Source: Nemertoderma westbladi (Eukaryota; Animalia; Xenacoelomorpha). Taken from it: a stretch of DNA of 64,000 nt. Under the pieces are notes generated by a model. That model ran no database searches. It saw nothing but the letters and a program-made list of their open reading frames with translations, and was not told the DNA's origin. This document shows, one piece after another, positions 1 through 13,840 of this stretch. Location of the stretch: positions 27,800 through 91,799 of the forward strand of contig JAUCBJ010006819.1 in assembly GCA_032718475.1 (NCBI GenBank), read 5' to 3'. Both the position numbers and the translations under genes were made by a program. The number at the start of each line of letters is the position of its first letter. Positions within the stretch are counted from its first letter, which is position 1.

Positions 1-296
1 CAAGGCAGGTTTTGCGTTTCCCTCCTGTCTCCAACGAAGTATTTTGATTTTGATATAATAAACCCACCAGTATTCTAACTTATACTGTGAAATACTTCTA
101 ACACATTCAAATTAATGAATTTAAAAAATACTTAAAAATCTTACTTAAAAAATATTTAATTCAACAATAAAACAACCTAGACTTTAATTTGGTTGAACAA
201 ATGGTTGATTACTGCAGACTGCTACTGGAATATTGGATGGAGTGAGTAAAACGGAATAGGTTATTTTAATTAGATCGGATTTTAATCAACCTTGAT

Positions 297-712
297 TTAA
301 CCCTATCTGACCCGGGCTATTTTACAACGTAATTGGCCCGGGGGGGGGGGGGGGTCATTTTAGATCTTGGCTCAAAAATTACAATTTTGATGGTATAAGG
401 GTTTTCGAGGTCGCTGATCACGATGAAACTAGTTATAAATATTTATGGTAATTCAAACCCAATTTTGGTGCCATTCTGGTGCCCCAGAACGAAAAGTACA
501 AGTAGCACAAAATTTTAAATTGTAAAATTTTGCCTTTGGTTGGGTAATTCTGAGGCTATACTGTTTTTCAAGGTCGCTGATCACGATACAACTCGTTAAA
601 AATCATTCGTGGTGGTAACAAACTATCATTTTTGATCTTTGTCTGGTGGGACGAAAAATACAAGTAGCAAAAATTTTCAAATGGCAAAAATCGAATTTGG
701 TTGGATAATTAT
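297..712. repeat. Non-autonomous transposon-like fragment: TTAA-CCCT start, G tract, diverged ~170-bp internal duplication
   Basis: Begins ttaaccctatctgacccggg. aggtcgctgatcacgat and acgaaaa..tacaagtagcaca/aaaattt each occur twice about 165-170 bp apart. No matching right end found. Confidence 0.35.
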
Positions 713-1070
713 TAGTATTATTAACAGTATTATTAGTATTACACGAAAATCGTCAATACCATAAACATTAAAATGTATGTAATGTACCCATGTCGTAGGC
801 CTATAAGTGCCGCCTAAACTACTGCATCAGAAAGTTCAGAATGCGACAAGTTATGTGGTGCAATAAAAAATAAAACCTGGAGGTGGTTAGGGTTACAGTT
901 ACCAGTAACAGGTATGCCTAAGCTGGTAAAAATGCAGAAATTTGATTTGATGGTTGGTTATGGTACCGTACCCATGCAGCTAAACTTAGATTTTAGGCAA
1001 TCGCATCTTACAGCCTATAATAAAACAGGAAAATCGGCTGATTATAACAAAATCAAACCAGCTATTTAGT

Positions 1071-1438
1071 ATAAAAGTATACAGGAAGTAGGACAGTACT
1101 GGCAGACTGGTGGTCTGGTATTGCTACCAGTAGTATACTAAGGTTGAATTGAATTGCCGACCTATTGTCTGTTAGTTGCTTGTTGCTGCTACCCGTACAT
1201 AAAAGTATACAGGAAGTAGGACAGTACTGGTAGTCTGGTATTGCTACCAGTAGTATACTAAGGTTGAATTGAATTGCCGACCTATTGTCTGATAGTTGCT
1301 TGTTGCTGCTACCCGTACATAAAAGTATACAGGAAGTAGGACAGTACTGGTGGTCTGGTATTGCTACCAGTAGTATACTAAGGTTGAATTGAATTGCCGA
1401 CCTATTGTCTGATAGTTGCTTGTTGCTGCTACCTGTAC
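1071..1438. repeat. Tandem repeat, ~120-bp unit, 3 copies
   Basis: ataaaagtatacaggaagtaggacagtactgg...gctacccgtac recurs at 1071, 1199 and 1319. It explains the repetitive ORF 1062..1571. Confidence 0.95.
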
Positions 1439-2364
1439 TAAACACTAAACCGAAAGTAAATGAACTAAACATTGAAAATATATAAATAACTTGCAGGTAA
1501 TGTAATAGAGGTGTAGTGTCTAGTGGTATCGGTATGATGTTCACTGTTGACAGCAAGTAATACCAGAACACCCAGTAATATAAATGGACAGAAATCTGAT
1601 TAGAATAAGATTCAAGTGACTGTGTGTTCTTTTGGTTTAATAATTACACAAAAATTTTTGTATTTGTCCACAATGAAAATATATTCGTCCAATTGCGGAC
1701 CTTTTCTCACTTTTTGGGGGGTGCAGCTGCACCCCTTGCACCCCATTGGCGCCGGCCATGCCTATACCAGTATACTGCAGTACTGAATACTGATATAGGG
1801 TATAGTACTGTCAGACTGTCACTGTAGTATCAAAAAGTTAAATTGCAACCAGTGACCAGTAAACCTAAAAATGTAAAATCATCTACAGATCTACCGACAT
1901 GTGGCAAGTCTACTGACTACTGACAGTTTGCTGTTGAATTTGAATTAACCACCATGATATTCCTTCTTTTATTGTATGTATGATACATTTTTATATATGA
2001 AAAGCTCTGTATGATTGACTCATACAACGTCAACAATTTAAAGAATTCTTCATTTTGAATTTCCCACACGTTTATTTGTAGAACGGAGTACGAATATCTT
2101 TATCAGCCAATAATTGCAAGGTATGTAATTAGTGTGTCTTACTTGGGGACAGGACAAGTTCACTATGTTTCGCATTGTTGCCTAGTAACAATGTTGGCAA
2201 GATATTTCAATACATAGCTAATATAAAATTAGAGAGTAATAGAGTTACGAAATTTTATAATCACCATAAATACATTCTAAATTAATTACCATTTATTACT
2301 TTGAAAAAATGTAATATAATTGTTTCAAATATTTATAAGAATTAATTTCGATTATCAAAACCAG

Positions 2365-4308
2365 ATGATGCCGACTAGAAACACCATCAATGCCAAACCT
2401 AATCAATTTTACGAGGTTGAAGTTCCTCAACATATAAAACTACATCGTGAAACTCAACGAAATCAAACACAAACCAACGGGACGACCGTTCAAATCCAAC
2501 AGCGCAGGGCCAATAAACCCATAGCATCTAAACATTACACCGCAAAGGGAAAACCGCAATCCACAATTACAAACGGTACGCGACCGCGTCTTCCGATTGC
2601 AGAAAAAGAAGTTATTGCTGACGACGATAATTATAGCGCCGATGGTTTTGAAACAGATGAAGATGAAGTTTACGAGAATCATGAGGAGTTTGCAAAGGGA
2701 GATCATGTAATGCCAAATAAACCGTTTATATACGGGGAGCACCAACATTTAGTCCATAAAAAAACTACGAGTAAGAGACAGACTGGGACACACAAGCCGC
2801 CAACGAGTGTATTACGGACGCCAACCAACGATGGTAACAGTTTCCAAACGTTACCAATAAATGACAGAAAAGTGAAAAAATTAGAAGATAAACTAACGGA
2901 ATTCGCATCGACTATAGAACTACTTCAAGAGGAGAATAAATTGCTCAAACGGGTGCAACGAAGATATGAACGCGCATTGAATAAGTACGAAGGTGAAGAC
3001 GGTGATTTTGCTAGAGAATTTAGGGACCACGCCACAGAGGTAAAAGTGTTAAAAAACCGCGTAAAGATGTATAAGTCGAGAGATGAGGAAACATCGCGTA
3101 AGTACATGGAGCAAAATCACGAAATTATACGTCTTAAGGATAAGATCATGAAGTTGAAGACTCTTGTTGATAAACATAACTTGGAAGAGCGTGAGACACT
3201 GGAATATAATCTCAGTGGACTTGAAAATGAGTTGGAGGTTAAAGATAAGCAAATATTGGATCTGGAGAAGAAGCTAATTCTTTCGCAGAAAAATTATTTA
3301 AGTGAGTGCAGCGGCGTGAGGGGAAAATTACGCCGAGCCGAGACGGAATGTGATCGTTTATCAAAAGATTTAAGAGAGGCTAAATTCCATATCACTGAAA
3401 AAGAGAAGGAACTGAGTTTGAAGAATATTTACTCGCAGAGAATCTACAAACATCCGGTCGGTTCTGGTTCCGTCCGTGGTGCAACGAATTCTGCAGAAAG
3501 TTTATCAGGTCGGCAAAGAAATACAACGGTTATTGACAAGTCGACAATGACGTCGGAAGATATAGAATCGGATAGACAAAATGAAGACGCGTCGGAAAAT
3601 CGACATAACAATGTCTTTGAAACTTCCACGGAATTAAACACAGATATTATAGGCCACGGATCAGCTCATGATGGTAGTGTTGATAGCGACAACATCGATG
3701 TCACCGAGAAATCTCATGAAATAGTGGATGAAAATCAGACGCCGAGTTCACAACAAACTACTAATATAGAAAATACAATAGATAGACAAGATAGAAGCAG
3801 CGAGATTGGAGTAGATTCTAATTACTTACAGACACCCCACGACGATAATCCAGAACATGATGAGTTGGAATACCCATCAACATTGAATGTTATAAACAAC
3901 ACCGATGGTCCAGAAAGAGTCAACATTCAAGACGAAAATACAAGCATGAATAAATCATTGGAACAACAGGAGCAACTTGACAATCATGTTGATGATAAAG
4001 ATGAACAGAAGACCAAAGATGAAACAAAGCTAACGGCTAGGTCTAATGACAAAGCAGGCGCCAAGGAAACACAAACTGATTTAAATAATTTTGTTGTAAA
4101 AGATGTTAATTCGCAACAAAATGGAATACCTGTAAAAGGTGCAACAAGAGATAGTGGTGGTGCAAAAGCAAACATTTCTAAAAGAAATAATAAGCAAGAA
4201 GACGTAGGGGAATATAAACCATCTTATAATAAACCAATTAGAATGGCAAACTTAGGACCTCCTCTGCGAAAACAGTATCAAAAAGTAAAAAGCCCTAAAG
4301 TATCATAA
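2365..4308 (+). CDS. LCA5: Lebercilin (LCA5)-domain coiled-coil ciliary protein
   Basis: Long open frame. The segment QEENKLLKRVQRRYERALNKYE...NLEERETL...KDKQILDLEKKL...EKEKELSLKNIYSQR follows the lebercilin domain pattern (ENKLLK..Q.R..KAL.K.E...NL.EREEL...EKE.EL..KNIY..R). First ATG at 2365 follows a cag acceptor. A possible upstream 39-nt exon lies at 2082-2120 (ag|...aag|gtatgt). Confidence 0.8.
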   Translation: MMPTRNTINAKPNQFYEVEVPQHIKLHRETQRNQTQTNGTTVQIQQRRANKPIASKHYTAKGKPQSTITNGTRPRLPIAEKEVIADDDNYSADGFETDEDEVYENHEEFAKGDHVMPNKPFIYGEHQHLVHKKTTSKRQTGTHKPPTSVLRTPTNDGNSFQTLPINDRKVKKLEDKLTEFASTIELLQEENKLLKRVQRRYERALNKYEGEDGDFAREFRDHATEVKVLKNRVKMYKSRDEETSRKYMEQNHEIIRLKDKIMKLKTLVDKHNLEERETLEYNLSGLENELEVKDKQILDLEKKLILSQKNYLSECSGVRGKLRRAETECDRLSKDLREAKFHITEKEKELSLKNIYSQRIYKHPVGSGSVRGATNSAESLSGRQRNTTVIDKSTMTSEDIESDRQNEDASENRHNNVFETSTELNTDIIGHGSAHDGSVDSDNIDVTEKSHEIVDENQTPSSQQTTNIENTIDRQDRSSEIGVDSNYLQTPHDDNPEHDELEYPSTLNVINNTDGPERVNIQDENTSMNKSLEQQEQLDNHVDDKDEQKTKDETKLTARSNDKAGAKETQTDLNNFVVKDVNSQQNGIPVKGATRDSGGAKANISKRNNKQEDVGEYKPSYNKPIRMANLGPPLRKQYQKVKSPKVS

Positions 4309-5401
4309 TATCTTTGTGTCAACATACGAAATGTAATGGCCATTATTAATAACAAGTAGCAATTGTTAAAGCTTTTATCATTTGATATAGGTATGCCCAG
4401 CAAAATGGTATTTTCGTCGTTTGGTATTTCCAGTTTGGTCTCATAATTGCTTGTACGCAAGCCACTGTAATAGTAATTGTTAGTTTGTTTATAATGAATG
4501 TACGAAAAGTGTTTGAAAACTACAAGAAAAGTCAATTGCTAGTTGTTATTAATATTAGGCCGAAATTATAGCGATAATGTTGTTTAACTTACTGTTTATA
4601 AAATAATCTAGTATCTACTGTAGTAATCAACGACAGTTGTTTATGTTTAATGTGTGAGTTAATATTTTGATAGTACGGTTTTTTTACTTTTTAATTTACT
4701 AGTTGGCGTAAATTATTTAATTTAACCCATAATAAAGTTAATTACCCTGGTTAAATAATTAATTTATAATAAATGTTATTCCCCATTACAAACTGTTTAA
4801 AATAACAATACAATGGTGGGCTATGTAAAAAAATATCCGAATTCGCCCTAGGGAAAATAACCAGTTATTAATCCTATCCCGCTTTTGGTAGCTTAGTTAC
4901 AGCCAATCAATTTGAATATAATAATAAAATATAAAATATTCGCATATTAATAGGTTCCATCCACTAGCTACCATGGTTACAATTCACAACCACTTTGTTT
5001 AGAACTTATTACAGAGTTGTCAGCAGATGATCCCGTAAGACAGCGACAGTAATGTAGAGAGGCCTTGCATACGTGGATGGTAGTTAGGTGTAGTAAATCT
5101 GGAACCGATTTTAAGATTGAGACCTGATAATATGAGGAGAGTTCTAGAAATTCACATTTGTTGCAATTCCTTCAATGATCCAATGTCCCTTTCATATTCA
5201 AGCAACTGAATTTTATGTTAGCTATGTTTTAGATAAACATAGCTATTATTTTCGACACTGGTTCCGTTCTCCTACTTTCCCCTATAAATTTTTTATCGTA
5301 GCATTTGTTAATTTTTCTATATAATTTCAATTTTTTATACTGTAGTTCCTTTTGAAAAAATATTATTCTAGAAAGAATATCGTTTTGACTGGAGTTCCTT
5401 A

Positions 5402-5951
5402 TAGCACTACATTTGTAAAACATATATCATTGTTACTATGGCAACGTTAAATAGTTGTAGAACAAATGAAATGTATTATATACTATTCTAGAACATAAAT
5501 AAAATAAAATATATTACGTTCTAGAATTTATAGCTAGTTTTTATTAATTTAAAAATAGCTAGTAAATTAAATATGATTGTATTTAAATGAATTTCTGAAT
5601 ACATGTAAATGAATATTGAAAATTGGTATATTTCTAACATATACCGGTAGCTAGTTTTTTTTAATTAAAATAGGCCTAGCTAGTAGATTAAAAAAATTTA
5701 TTTTTAGTAAATTTCAAAATAAATTTAAATGAATATTGAAAGTTTCCAAACTACAGTACCAAACATTAATAAAAAGTTTTTTATATTTTTTTTAAATTTC
5801 TAGCTATTTTAAAATTAAAAAATAACTAGCTATATATTCCAGAACGTTATAATTTTAATTTTATTTATGTTCTAGAATAGTGTTCTAGAAGTTCTAGAAC
5901 TCTACAATGTTGCCATGGTAAACATGATTTATGGAATAAAATGTAGTGCTA
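5402..5951. mobile_element. AT-rich MITE with long imperfect inverted repeats
   Basis: tagcactacattt (5402) pairs with aaatgtagtgcta (to 5951). ctattctagaacataaataaaat pairs with attttatttatgttctagaatag. Further tagctag segments are also inverted. Confidence 0.65.
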
Positions 5952-6921
5952 CACGGATACGTAACTGTTACCTTAGTTTTAATATTGTCTGCGTCAAGAG
6001 TCAGTCCCCCAATCTGCAAAACTGTAATAACAAAAGTACTACACCGCAGTCACAGTTATAGTTATAGTATTTGATACCTTAATGTGCACTTAATTTATAA
6101 GTATACTATATCTAATTGAATAACATTATCTGAGCACTCGAGAGCAGGTTATTCAAGAAATATCGATCGTTGGGGAGATAGGGGGGGGGGGGGGGGGGAA
6201 ATTTGACCCATCTCGGCGAATTCATATTTCGTCTTAATGTTAAATTAAACAAATAACAATAAATTATAAAACAATACATTACAATAAATTAAAGACAATA
6301 GAAAAGGTTACAGTGGTATTTTTAGTAGTGATCAGCTGTTATCTGCGTCGATTTTACCCTGGAGCGGCATAAAAGTAAAAAAAAAGTAAAATTTTTATTC
6401 GGCCGTTAGGCCAGGAATTCCGTGCAAAGTAGGACGACTTAATTCCAGTGCGGTCCCTCTCGAACTATACTCCCCAATGGAATAGCCAGTACTCATTTAG
6501 CTATCATTTAAGGATGCAAGCAAAAATTTGCCCTTGTTACACCCGCTTTTTATTATGTCGAAAGTCCCCTTATCTGTAGCTGGGAAATAAATCTGAGAAA
6601 TAGAGCTATAACATTTACGCTGTTACCTACTATATAAATACATAATTTAATAAATTTATTGCTCTACTGTAGAAAGGCCACATATGAAAGCATTAAAAAT
6701 GACTGAAATAGTAGACATAAAATAAGATTACTGAAATAATGTCTACCATAAGTCATATTCGTTGAATAGGAACAAAATAGTGATAATGCATAGTTATTTC
6801 CCCCCAAAATGCCACGCCCCATTTTTAATCAACTCCCCCCAAACAAAACCCTTTTAGAAATGTTTGAAGCCTTAGCAATAAATTACTCGTTGGTGAGTGA
6901 AAGTAATGGGGAATAACACAC

Positions 6922-7054
6922 TTATTACCCTATTATTGAGTTATTTTCCCGGTTATTTAACCCTTGGGCAGGAACACCCTCGGGCTTCGCCCTCGGGTTG
7001 TTTCCTGCCCGCGGGTTAAATAACCGGGAAAATAACTCAATAATAGGGTAATAA
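6922..7054. mobile_element. Hairpin MITE (42-bp perfect arms, near-palindromic centre with CTTCG loop)
   Basis: ttattaccctattattgagttattttcccggttatttaaccc and its exact reverse complement flank gggcaggaacaccctcgggcttcgccctcgggttgtttcctgccc. Confidence 0.75.
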
Positions 7055-7539
7055 ATATAGTTATTATGATATTATACAGTATGTATATTTTGTGTTTGAA
7101 TGTGTTTATTGGGTTATGTCATAGTGTCAGCCTGCCGGCATTGCCCTACAGTAGTGCAATCCTCGAAACAATGTGACCACAATCACTCGCTCAGCCATAC
7201 TGTACATATTCCAGACCGTCTATGTTCCCAAGTCTAAGGTCCCTGAGCAGCGCAGCAGGCTAAGTTATGTTATATACTGTAATACCGCACTACTGTATGT
7301 ATGTATACCTTACATCCATCCCCATGAATGAAACCAACTACAGAATACCAATTGAGTCAGTATATTAACTGTAGCGAAAGTACGAAAGTCGTGAATCCTT
7401 CTTAGTATTTTGAACATGCGTTGACTTACCACAAGGTTGAATAATTTAAAGAAATATAATATGCGTCGGGATTCCTCTATACCTTACTGTAGACTTCTGG
7501 TGGAAACACCAATAGATAGGCCTACCATCTATGTACCTG

Positions 7540-7690
7540 GGCGTATAGAGGTTCAATCCATTGCATTGAATTCACATATCTCCTGAGGTCGCGGGTTCGA
7601 TACCAGCATGGAGGTCGCCGTTAGGGGAGTTTTCATCTGGAAAGGAATGCTTTAAAGGGAATAACCAGTATACATCTCTGGCTTGTATCC
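7540..7690 (+). other. Possible tRNA-derived SINE remnant (B-box only)
   Basis: gaggtcgcgggttcgatacc resembles a Pol III B box. No full cloverleaf or clear A box could be built. Confidence 0.25.
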
Positions 7691-7699
7691 TTAGAAGGC

Positions 7700-9000
7700 A
7701 GAGCGTAGCTAAATGGGTACTAGTTTCTGGTGAGTATACATAGCTCTATATGCAGTGGAAGATTTGTGCGCAATCGCTGGAGGGAGTCTGTTGTTGAGAG
7801 TCTGGTTTGAGATGTGTACATTGTACATGACAAAATGAATCCGGCACAGCATTCTTGTCAAAGTGCCATCCAGAGATTTGGTATCCTCTGCAGTTAGGGC
7901 CGAGCATGGACTTCCATATAAGAGTACTTGTACTACTGCTGCCAGAAATAATCGAACCTTAAGGTTCCGTTTTATTATATGAGACTTCCAAATCCTGGAT
8001 AGACTATTCAATGCTGCCCAGCCCATGCCTTGCCCTTGCGTATCCGAAGGTCTTCATCTGACTTCCGGATCCATGATCCCAACACCCACATGCTCAAGCA
8101 AGCCATCCCTGGAGCTTATTCCCTTACGGTCAGGCATTTCTGGAGGGCTGTCAAGGTTCACTGTCATAATTTTGCTCTTCTTGGAGTTTACAAAAAGACC
8201 AACACAAGACACCACCTGCCACAATGAGCAGAGAAGCCTTTGGGCTACCTCTAGTGATTCTGACAGTACCCCTATATCATCAGCAAAGTCTCAGGAAGGC
8301 ACTTTGCTAGATTTCTCCACTTCTTGTGGGTGTTACCATCACCCCATCTAAAGTCTAAGGACATGTGTAGAACATAATAAATCACAATTTCGAAAAAGGA
8401 TGGTGCCAGTTTGTCAAATGGTGCCAGAGTGTCACCCTGTAGGATTCCGCACAAGACTTCGAATGGATCTGTGTCACTATCCTCAGTAGACACAAATGTG
8501 GTGGAACCATCATAGAGTCGGATAGCTGTAATAAATTCCTCAAGAATCCCACATGCTGCAAGTATGCTAAACATACTTGGTCGGGAGAATGAGTCGAAGG
8601 CCTTTAACAAGTCGTCAACAAAGATAATAAATAGCCAGATGTCTGTTTTTTGTTGATAACTCTTCGAATATCCTTCTAAGTGCCAGAATTAGGCTCAATG
8701 GTCACACGACCTTTATTACGGAATCCAGTTTGGTTCTCACGTAACAGTCTTTCAACAGGATTCCTGATGCGATTTAATATAATTCTGCAGTATTGCTTTG
8801 TAGCAATCGAGATAAACAAGATTCCACAAAAGATCCATAGACTGTGGGTTGTTCTTCTTGGGGAAAGGGACCAACTTATATATTTTCATTTCTTGAGGAA
8901 CTCGCTTTGTCCTATACATGTCAACAATAATAATTGGGTGAATGAGCTCCAAATACTCAGGAATTTTAAAGACCTCAGGGGGCATGCCATATGCTCCACT
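7700..9000 (-). pseudogene. Degraded RTE-group LINE reverse transcriptase (same family as 49795-52192)
   Basis: Frameshifted fragments PPEVFKIP, LVPFPKK, KAFDS, GILQGDTLAPF and WAALNSLSRIWKS...LLYGS are colinear with the + strand copy at 50.7-51.9 kb. Confidence 0.85.
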
Positions 9001-9659
9001 GGCACGATTGGTGTTGATGCAGATGAAATCCTGAAGATGGACGGAATTTCGGTTAACACTATTGCTATAGACCCAGGGCGATGTACAGTAGATAAGTGAT
9101 GTGTACTTGCTTTTAAAGTCACTCGGAAAAATTTAGAATGGATGCTGATCCACTCCATCAGTAGCTGCTTGTAGATCGTGGTAGAGACATATTATGGCAA
9201 GGTTTCCTTTTAAGAGTAGGAATATGTTCATCACCATCCATTTCCATCAAGTCATCATAATAATAAAATTGGCACATGCTAGTGACAGTGAAAATCATTC
9301 TCAAAGTGAAAGAAACAGTGGCACGTTATTCTAACCAGAACAATAAACGAATCTCAATGGAACAGATCTAAGTTTTATTTTTCAGAATAATCAGAGAATT
9401 TTAGTTGATGCTTTTTATTATCGACTTTCGTGAACCATTCGACTTGAAACAATGTAAATATATTTTCTTTTTGTCGTAAAATTGTTTAATCTCTGCAATA
9501 ATACTACAATAATACTACACAACTTTTTCAATATCTTATTAATTATTATATAATTTATTCAGTATCTTATTTATGTGTTACTGTTACTCATACTGATTAC
9601 GATCATCCAATTTATTATGTTTTTAAATGTTGTACTTTTACGGATACGTACAGCAATAA

Positions 9660-10246
9660 TAATTATTTATTACATGGGGAAAAAAGTAGAACTTTTTTCA
9701 CTATTCGCGAGGCATTTTATTTACCGAGCGTCAGCGAGGTTAATAAAGGGTCGAGAGAATATTGAAAAAAATGTTATACTACATGTTATATGTTTTTTCC
9801 CATGTACTACGCAATTTTATTCTTAAATTGGTACTTTTTTGTTGCTTAAATCTTTAATAAAACGTACAGTGATATAGTGGAACAAAATAAATTGAACTAT
9901 AGTACAGTATTTAACTATATTGCTTCCATAGTTACTGCGAATTAAATTACTGGACTCTTCAACTCCTGATGCTGCCGTACTCAATGTTAAATAATTTAGT
10001 GTTCTCGAATATTTATCACGTAACTAGAGAGCCGCTTAACAACATAAACCAATATTGGATATTGAGTTCCGTTGAGTGCGTGCATGGATTTTGCTCAGAT
10101 TACTTTTCTACGTCAAGGCTCTTTGTACACATTTAATGCCCCAATAATATTTATTTTACTTTTTTCGCCGGGAAAAAATGTAAAATCAATGCAATCTATG
10201 GGTTATTTTTTCTGAGCGAGAAAGTAACAATTTAAGAATAAAATTA
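9660..10246. mobile_element. Non-autonomous element with hairpin (ccgagcgtcagcgagg centre) and internal inverted repeat
   Basis: tacatggggaaaaaa and ttttttcccatgta arms flank the cgagcg..gcgagg motif. aattttattcttaaattggtacttt (9813) is inverted at aaagtaacaatttaagaataaaatt (~10221-10245). Confidence 0.45.
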
Positions 10247-11463
10247 TTTTGTTCCTTTAACAGTTATACTGTATATTAATTTCACTTCAATAAGCAATTA
10301 CAATTTTTAATAAATCACACACTCATCAAGTTTCAATTGTTTTTTGGTTGAAGCTTCTAGTTGCCGCCTAAGGTTGGTGTTAAGTTTACTATTACGTTGT
10401 TCTAGGATGAGTCCCAGGCAGAATACATGAGTAGACGGTTATATTTTGTTTGGAAAATATACAAAACTATTAATATCTTTATTAAATTGTTCAACGACTT
10501 GTGTGTTGCAATTTTTTAATTGTGGTATTAAATTAACTCGACAAACACCCAATACTTATGTAGCCTTTTATTTACATACGAATTTGTCCACCTATACTGT
10601 CCATCATATTGTCCGTCATGTTTTAATGCTTTAACCCTTTTAGTACTATGTCCCACCTGTTGTACCATAACCACCTGCGCTATGTCCCAACTGTTGTACC
10701 ATGGCATCTCACTTGATAAGCAGGCCATCCACCACCCAACAGCGCCTTAGAAAGTGTTCCAATTCACTATTCAGTGCCTTAGGACAATAATTTTTGAAAT
10801 TTTTTTGCAGCCATTTGATTGGCTAATGGGTTTACCTTGCCTTCTATGGAGATTCAAATCTAGGCCTTTTACTTCCAACTTTGCTGCCTTTGTTGAGGCA
10901 GGGCGAATTGGTTGTAGGTAGATTGTTGACTACTATCCATTATACATTACGGGGTACCGTGCCCTAAACCCTGGAGTGGTTTGTTATCTCGTTTGTGATT
11001 GGATAACACATCATAATATTATCCTGTAGGTGACTAAAGCTACTACGTTCCATCCATCCATTTGTTAGTAATTGTATATTCAGTCAGTCATTTGTGAATC
11101 AATTTACGGCACTGCTGCACTTATGTGTATGACGTATGCTGTTTTTTATTAGGCCTATAATTATCATATAAATTTATAATAATTATTTATTACCGGTATA
11201 GGCCTATATCAATTAATTATTATTATTATTATTACCGGTACGTAGTGCGTAGTGAATTAGAATTACGGTAGAATTTATTCTCATAATATATACTGTAATA
11301 GGCCTAGTGAAATTAAGTGTAGCCTATTACCGGCAGCCTACTTGTGCCATTTGGAATATACTGATATATACTATTTATTATATTATATAATACGATTATC
11401 TGATTATATTAATTATTAGGGCCTATATTGAGTGACTGTACGTCTAACAGACTAACAGTGGCC

Positions 11464-13682
11464 ATGGCAGACAGACCTGAAAGAGATCGCCATCCTGTTA
11501 ATTACTATGGTTTTACTCTAAGTAATAATGAGAGCGACGATGAAGTCGATGATTATGTTGATGGTAGTGGAGAAAGTGGTGACGATGTGACGGGAATGGA
11601 AAGTGGGGATAACCAGGGTGATGCAGCTAGTAGTTCAAGTGAGGGTTCTGTTGATGATTCCGACGACTCATCAGACAGCAGCTCTCGTTATGCAATTGCA
11701 CCTCTACCAGGTGACGGGTGGGATGTTGTCACTGAAGCCAGTGACGTTAGTTTTAGTGTCCAATTCGATTTTAGTGGAACACCGGGGTGGAACAATGGGA
11801 TTGACACTTCTGAATTTAGTGTAATTGACTACTTCCAAGTGTTTCTACCTGATCAGCTATTTGAAGCTGTCGCCACGTGGACAAACATCCGTGCTCAGAA
11901 ATTTTACACAAACGATGATGGTACTTGTGCTAAGAAGTGGAAGGTAATCACTGTGGCTGAGATGAAGAAATTCATCGGTCTAACTTTTCACATGGGTATC
12001 ATCCGCAAACCAGATATCAGGTAAATAGTTTAATTTAAATTACCAGTACATACAGTATAAGCGATTTAGGATTGGGGTCTGAGAACTCTAACTGCTAACC
12101 AAAAGATGATGGTTTTAACCCTAATCGGAAACTGTGGCTAACCCTAATTAAAGCTGGTTTTGGCACATGGTAGGGAGAGGGAGAGTAGGGGCCCCCTACC
12201 CCCTAAATCCAATGGAAATATAAAATAAATGAATAAATAAAAAAATGAATAAATATAATTACAGAGGTGGTCAACATTGTGATGTGGTCCAGTGTGGTCA
12301 TTTACTATAGGAGGTATGTACACAGTAGCACACACTGCTGTTGTTTTTCGGCTACCGGTAGTGTAAACTGTGTTTAATAAATACCGGTAAGTACCACACC
12401 TGCTTTTTTGGTGTTTGCTTCTGCTGTTCAATAAATCAATTTCAATTTCAGGTCGTACTGGGCGTTGGACACACTTATGGCAACACCCTTCTTTACCCAG
12501 CCAGGATCAATTAGTCGCGATCGATATTTACAAATCCTGAAGTTTATTCGATTTGCCAACCCAGACAATGTTGACGTCACAGTGAGGGCCACCAGGGTGA
12601 ACGAATTCCTCACCATCGTGAACGAGCTATTCAAGGTGTATACACCCCAGGTGAATCTTTCCCTGGATGAGGCGTTGTTGCTCCACAAGGGTCGCCTTGG
12701 CTTTAAAATGTTCATCCGCACTAAACGGGCTCGGTTTGGCATCAAATCGTTTTTACTATGTGATGCGAGAGGATATGCCCTCAGTGCAAGAGTTTATTAT
12801 GGTCGGGCGGCAGACATTCCCCAAGTGGATGAGACATCCTCGCTTAGCCACAGTGAGAATATTGTGGTACTATTACTTGATGATGCGGGACTCTTAGACA
12901 AGGGTTACATTTGCCACATAGACAACTGGTACAACAGTGTGCGATTGGCCGAGTACTTGCTTACCCGTTCTACTGGCATTCGTGGCACCATAAACCCTTC
13001 ACGTGGAATACCTGGAGTGTTGGCTTCAATGAAGCAGAAGCCGATATCCACCACCTTCATGAGGAAAAACCACCTTCTCGCTATTAAGTTCACTGATAAG
13101 AGAGATGTGCATTTTCTATCGTCAGTTGATAAGGCTGACCACGTTGAGAAGTCTCGCCATGTTCGTGGGGGGGATGTGGTTTCATACAGGAAGCCAACAC
13201 CCATCGACTTGTACAATAAGAACATGGGTGGAGTTGATCTTCAGGATCAGTTGATCGAATACTACAACCCAGTTCGAAAATCCCAAGCTTGGTTTAAGAA
13301 AGTCGGATTCAACTTTTTCGCTCGGTTGTGTGTAAATGCATTTATTATGTATAAACTAGAAAAAAACAAGAATGCTCACATGGTGGATGCTATGAAGGAG
13401 GCAATTAAATGGCTCACTCAGATTGTTGTGGAGACTCCACGCAAGCGGAAGAAATGTACGTATCAGGATTCACTGCCTTCAACGTCATCTTCTCCTGCTC
13501 CACCAATTGTGGTTCACTGTATTGCGGAGATTCCACCAACTGCTACCGACGCAAAGCCCCGTAACCGTTGCCGCGAGTGTTACTCTAAGGGTATCCAAAA
13601 AAAGACCCGGTTTTATTGCCCTCAATGCCCCAATACACCGGCATTGTGCATGGCATGTTCAAAAAGTTACCACACAGCGTAA
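11464..13682 (+). CDS. piggyBac transposase, two exons (11464-12020, 12452-13682), ~595 aa, apparently intact
   Basis: Donor AG|gtaaat at 12021 and acceptor tttcag| at 12451. Splicing restores GIIRKPDIRSYWALDTLMATPFF in frame. Catalytic motifs SLDEAL, IDNWYNS and MGGVDLQDQ. C-terminal Cys-rich domain RCRECY...YCPQCP...LCMAC...YH. Confidence 0.9.
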
Positions 13683-13840
13683 TTTCAACATACAAACTTT
13701 ACTCTGAATCACCATAATATTTCTAAATATTTTATGCACTTATATTCACTTGGTATACAGTATACCGGTATTTGTTATATTGTAATGGCATTTTCATTTT
13801 TTTATAAATATAGCTGTACTTTTTATAAAATAAACTGGAC

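Noticed and set aside
1062-1571. 169-aa ORF with repeated segments
   Set aside because: Product of the 120-bp tandem repeat, with a non-ATG start and no recognisable domain.
7577-7620. tRNA gene
   Set aside because: Only a B-box-like T arm is present, with no acceptor or anticodon stems.
12115-12150. Telomeric TTAGGG/CCCTAA repeats (also ~887)
   Set aside because: Isolated single hexamers, not arrays.
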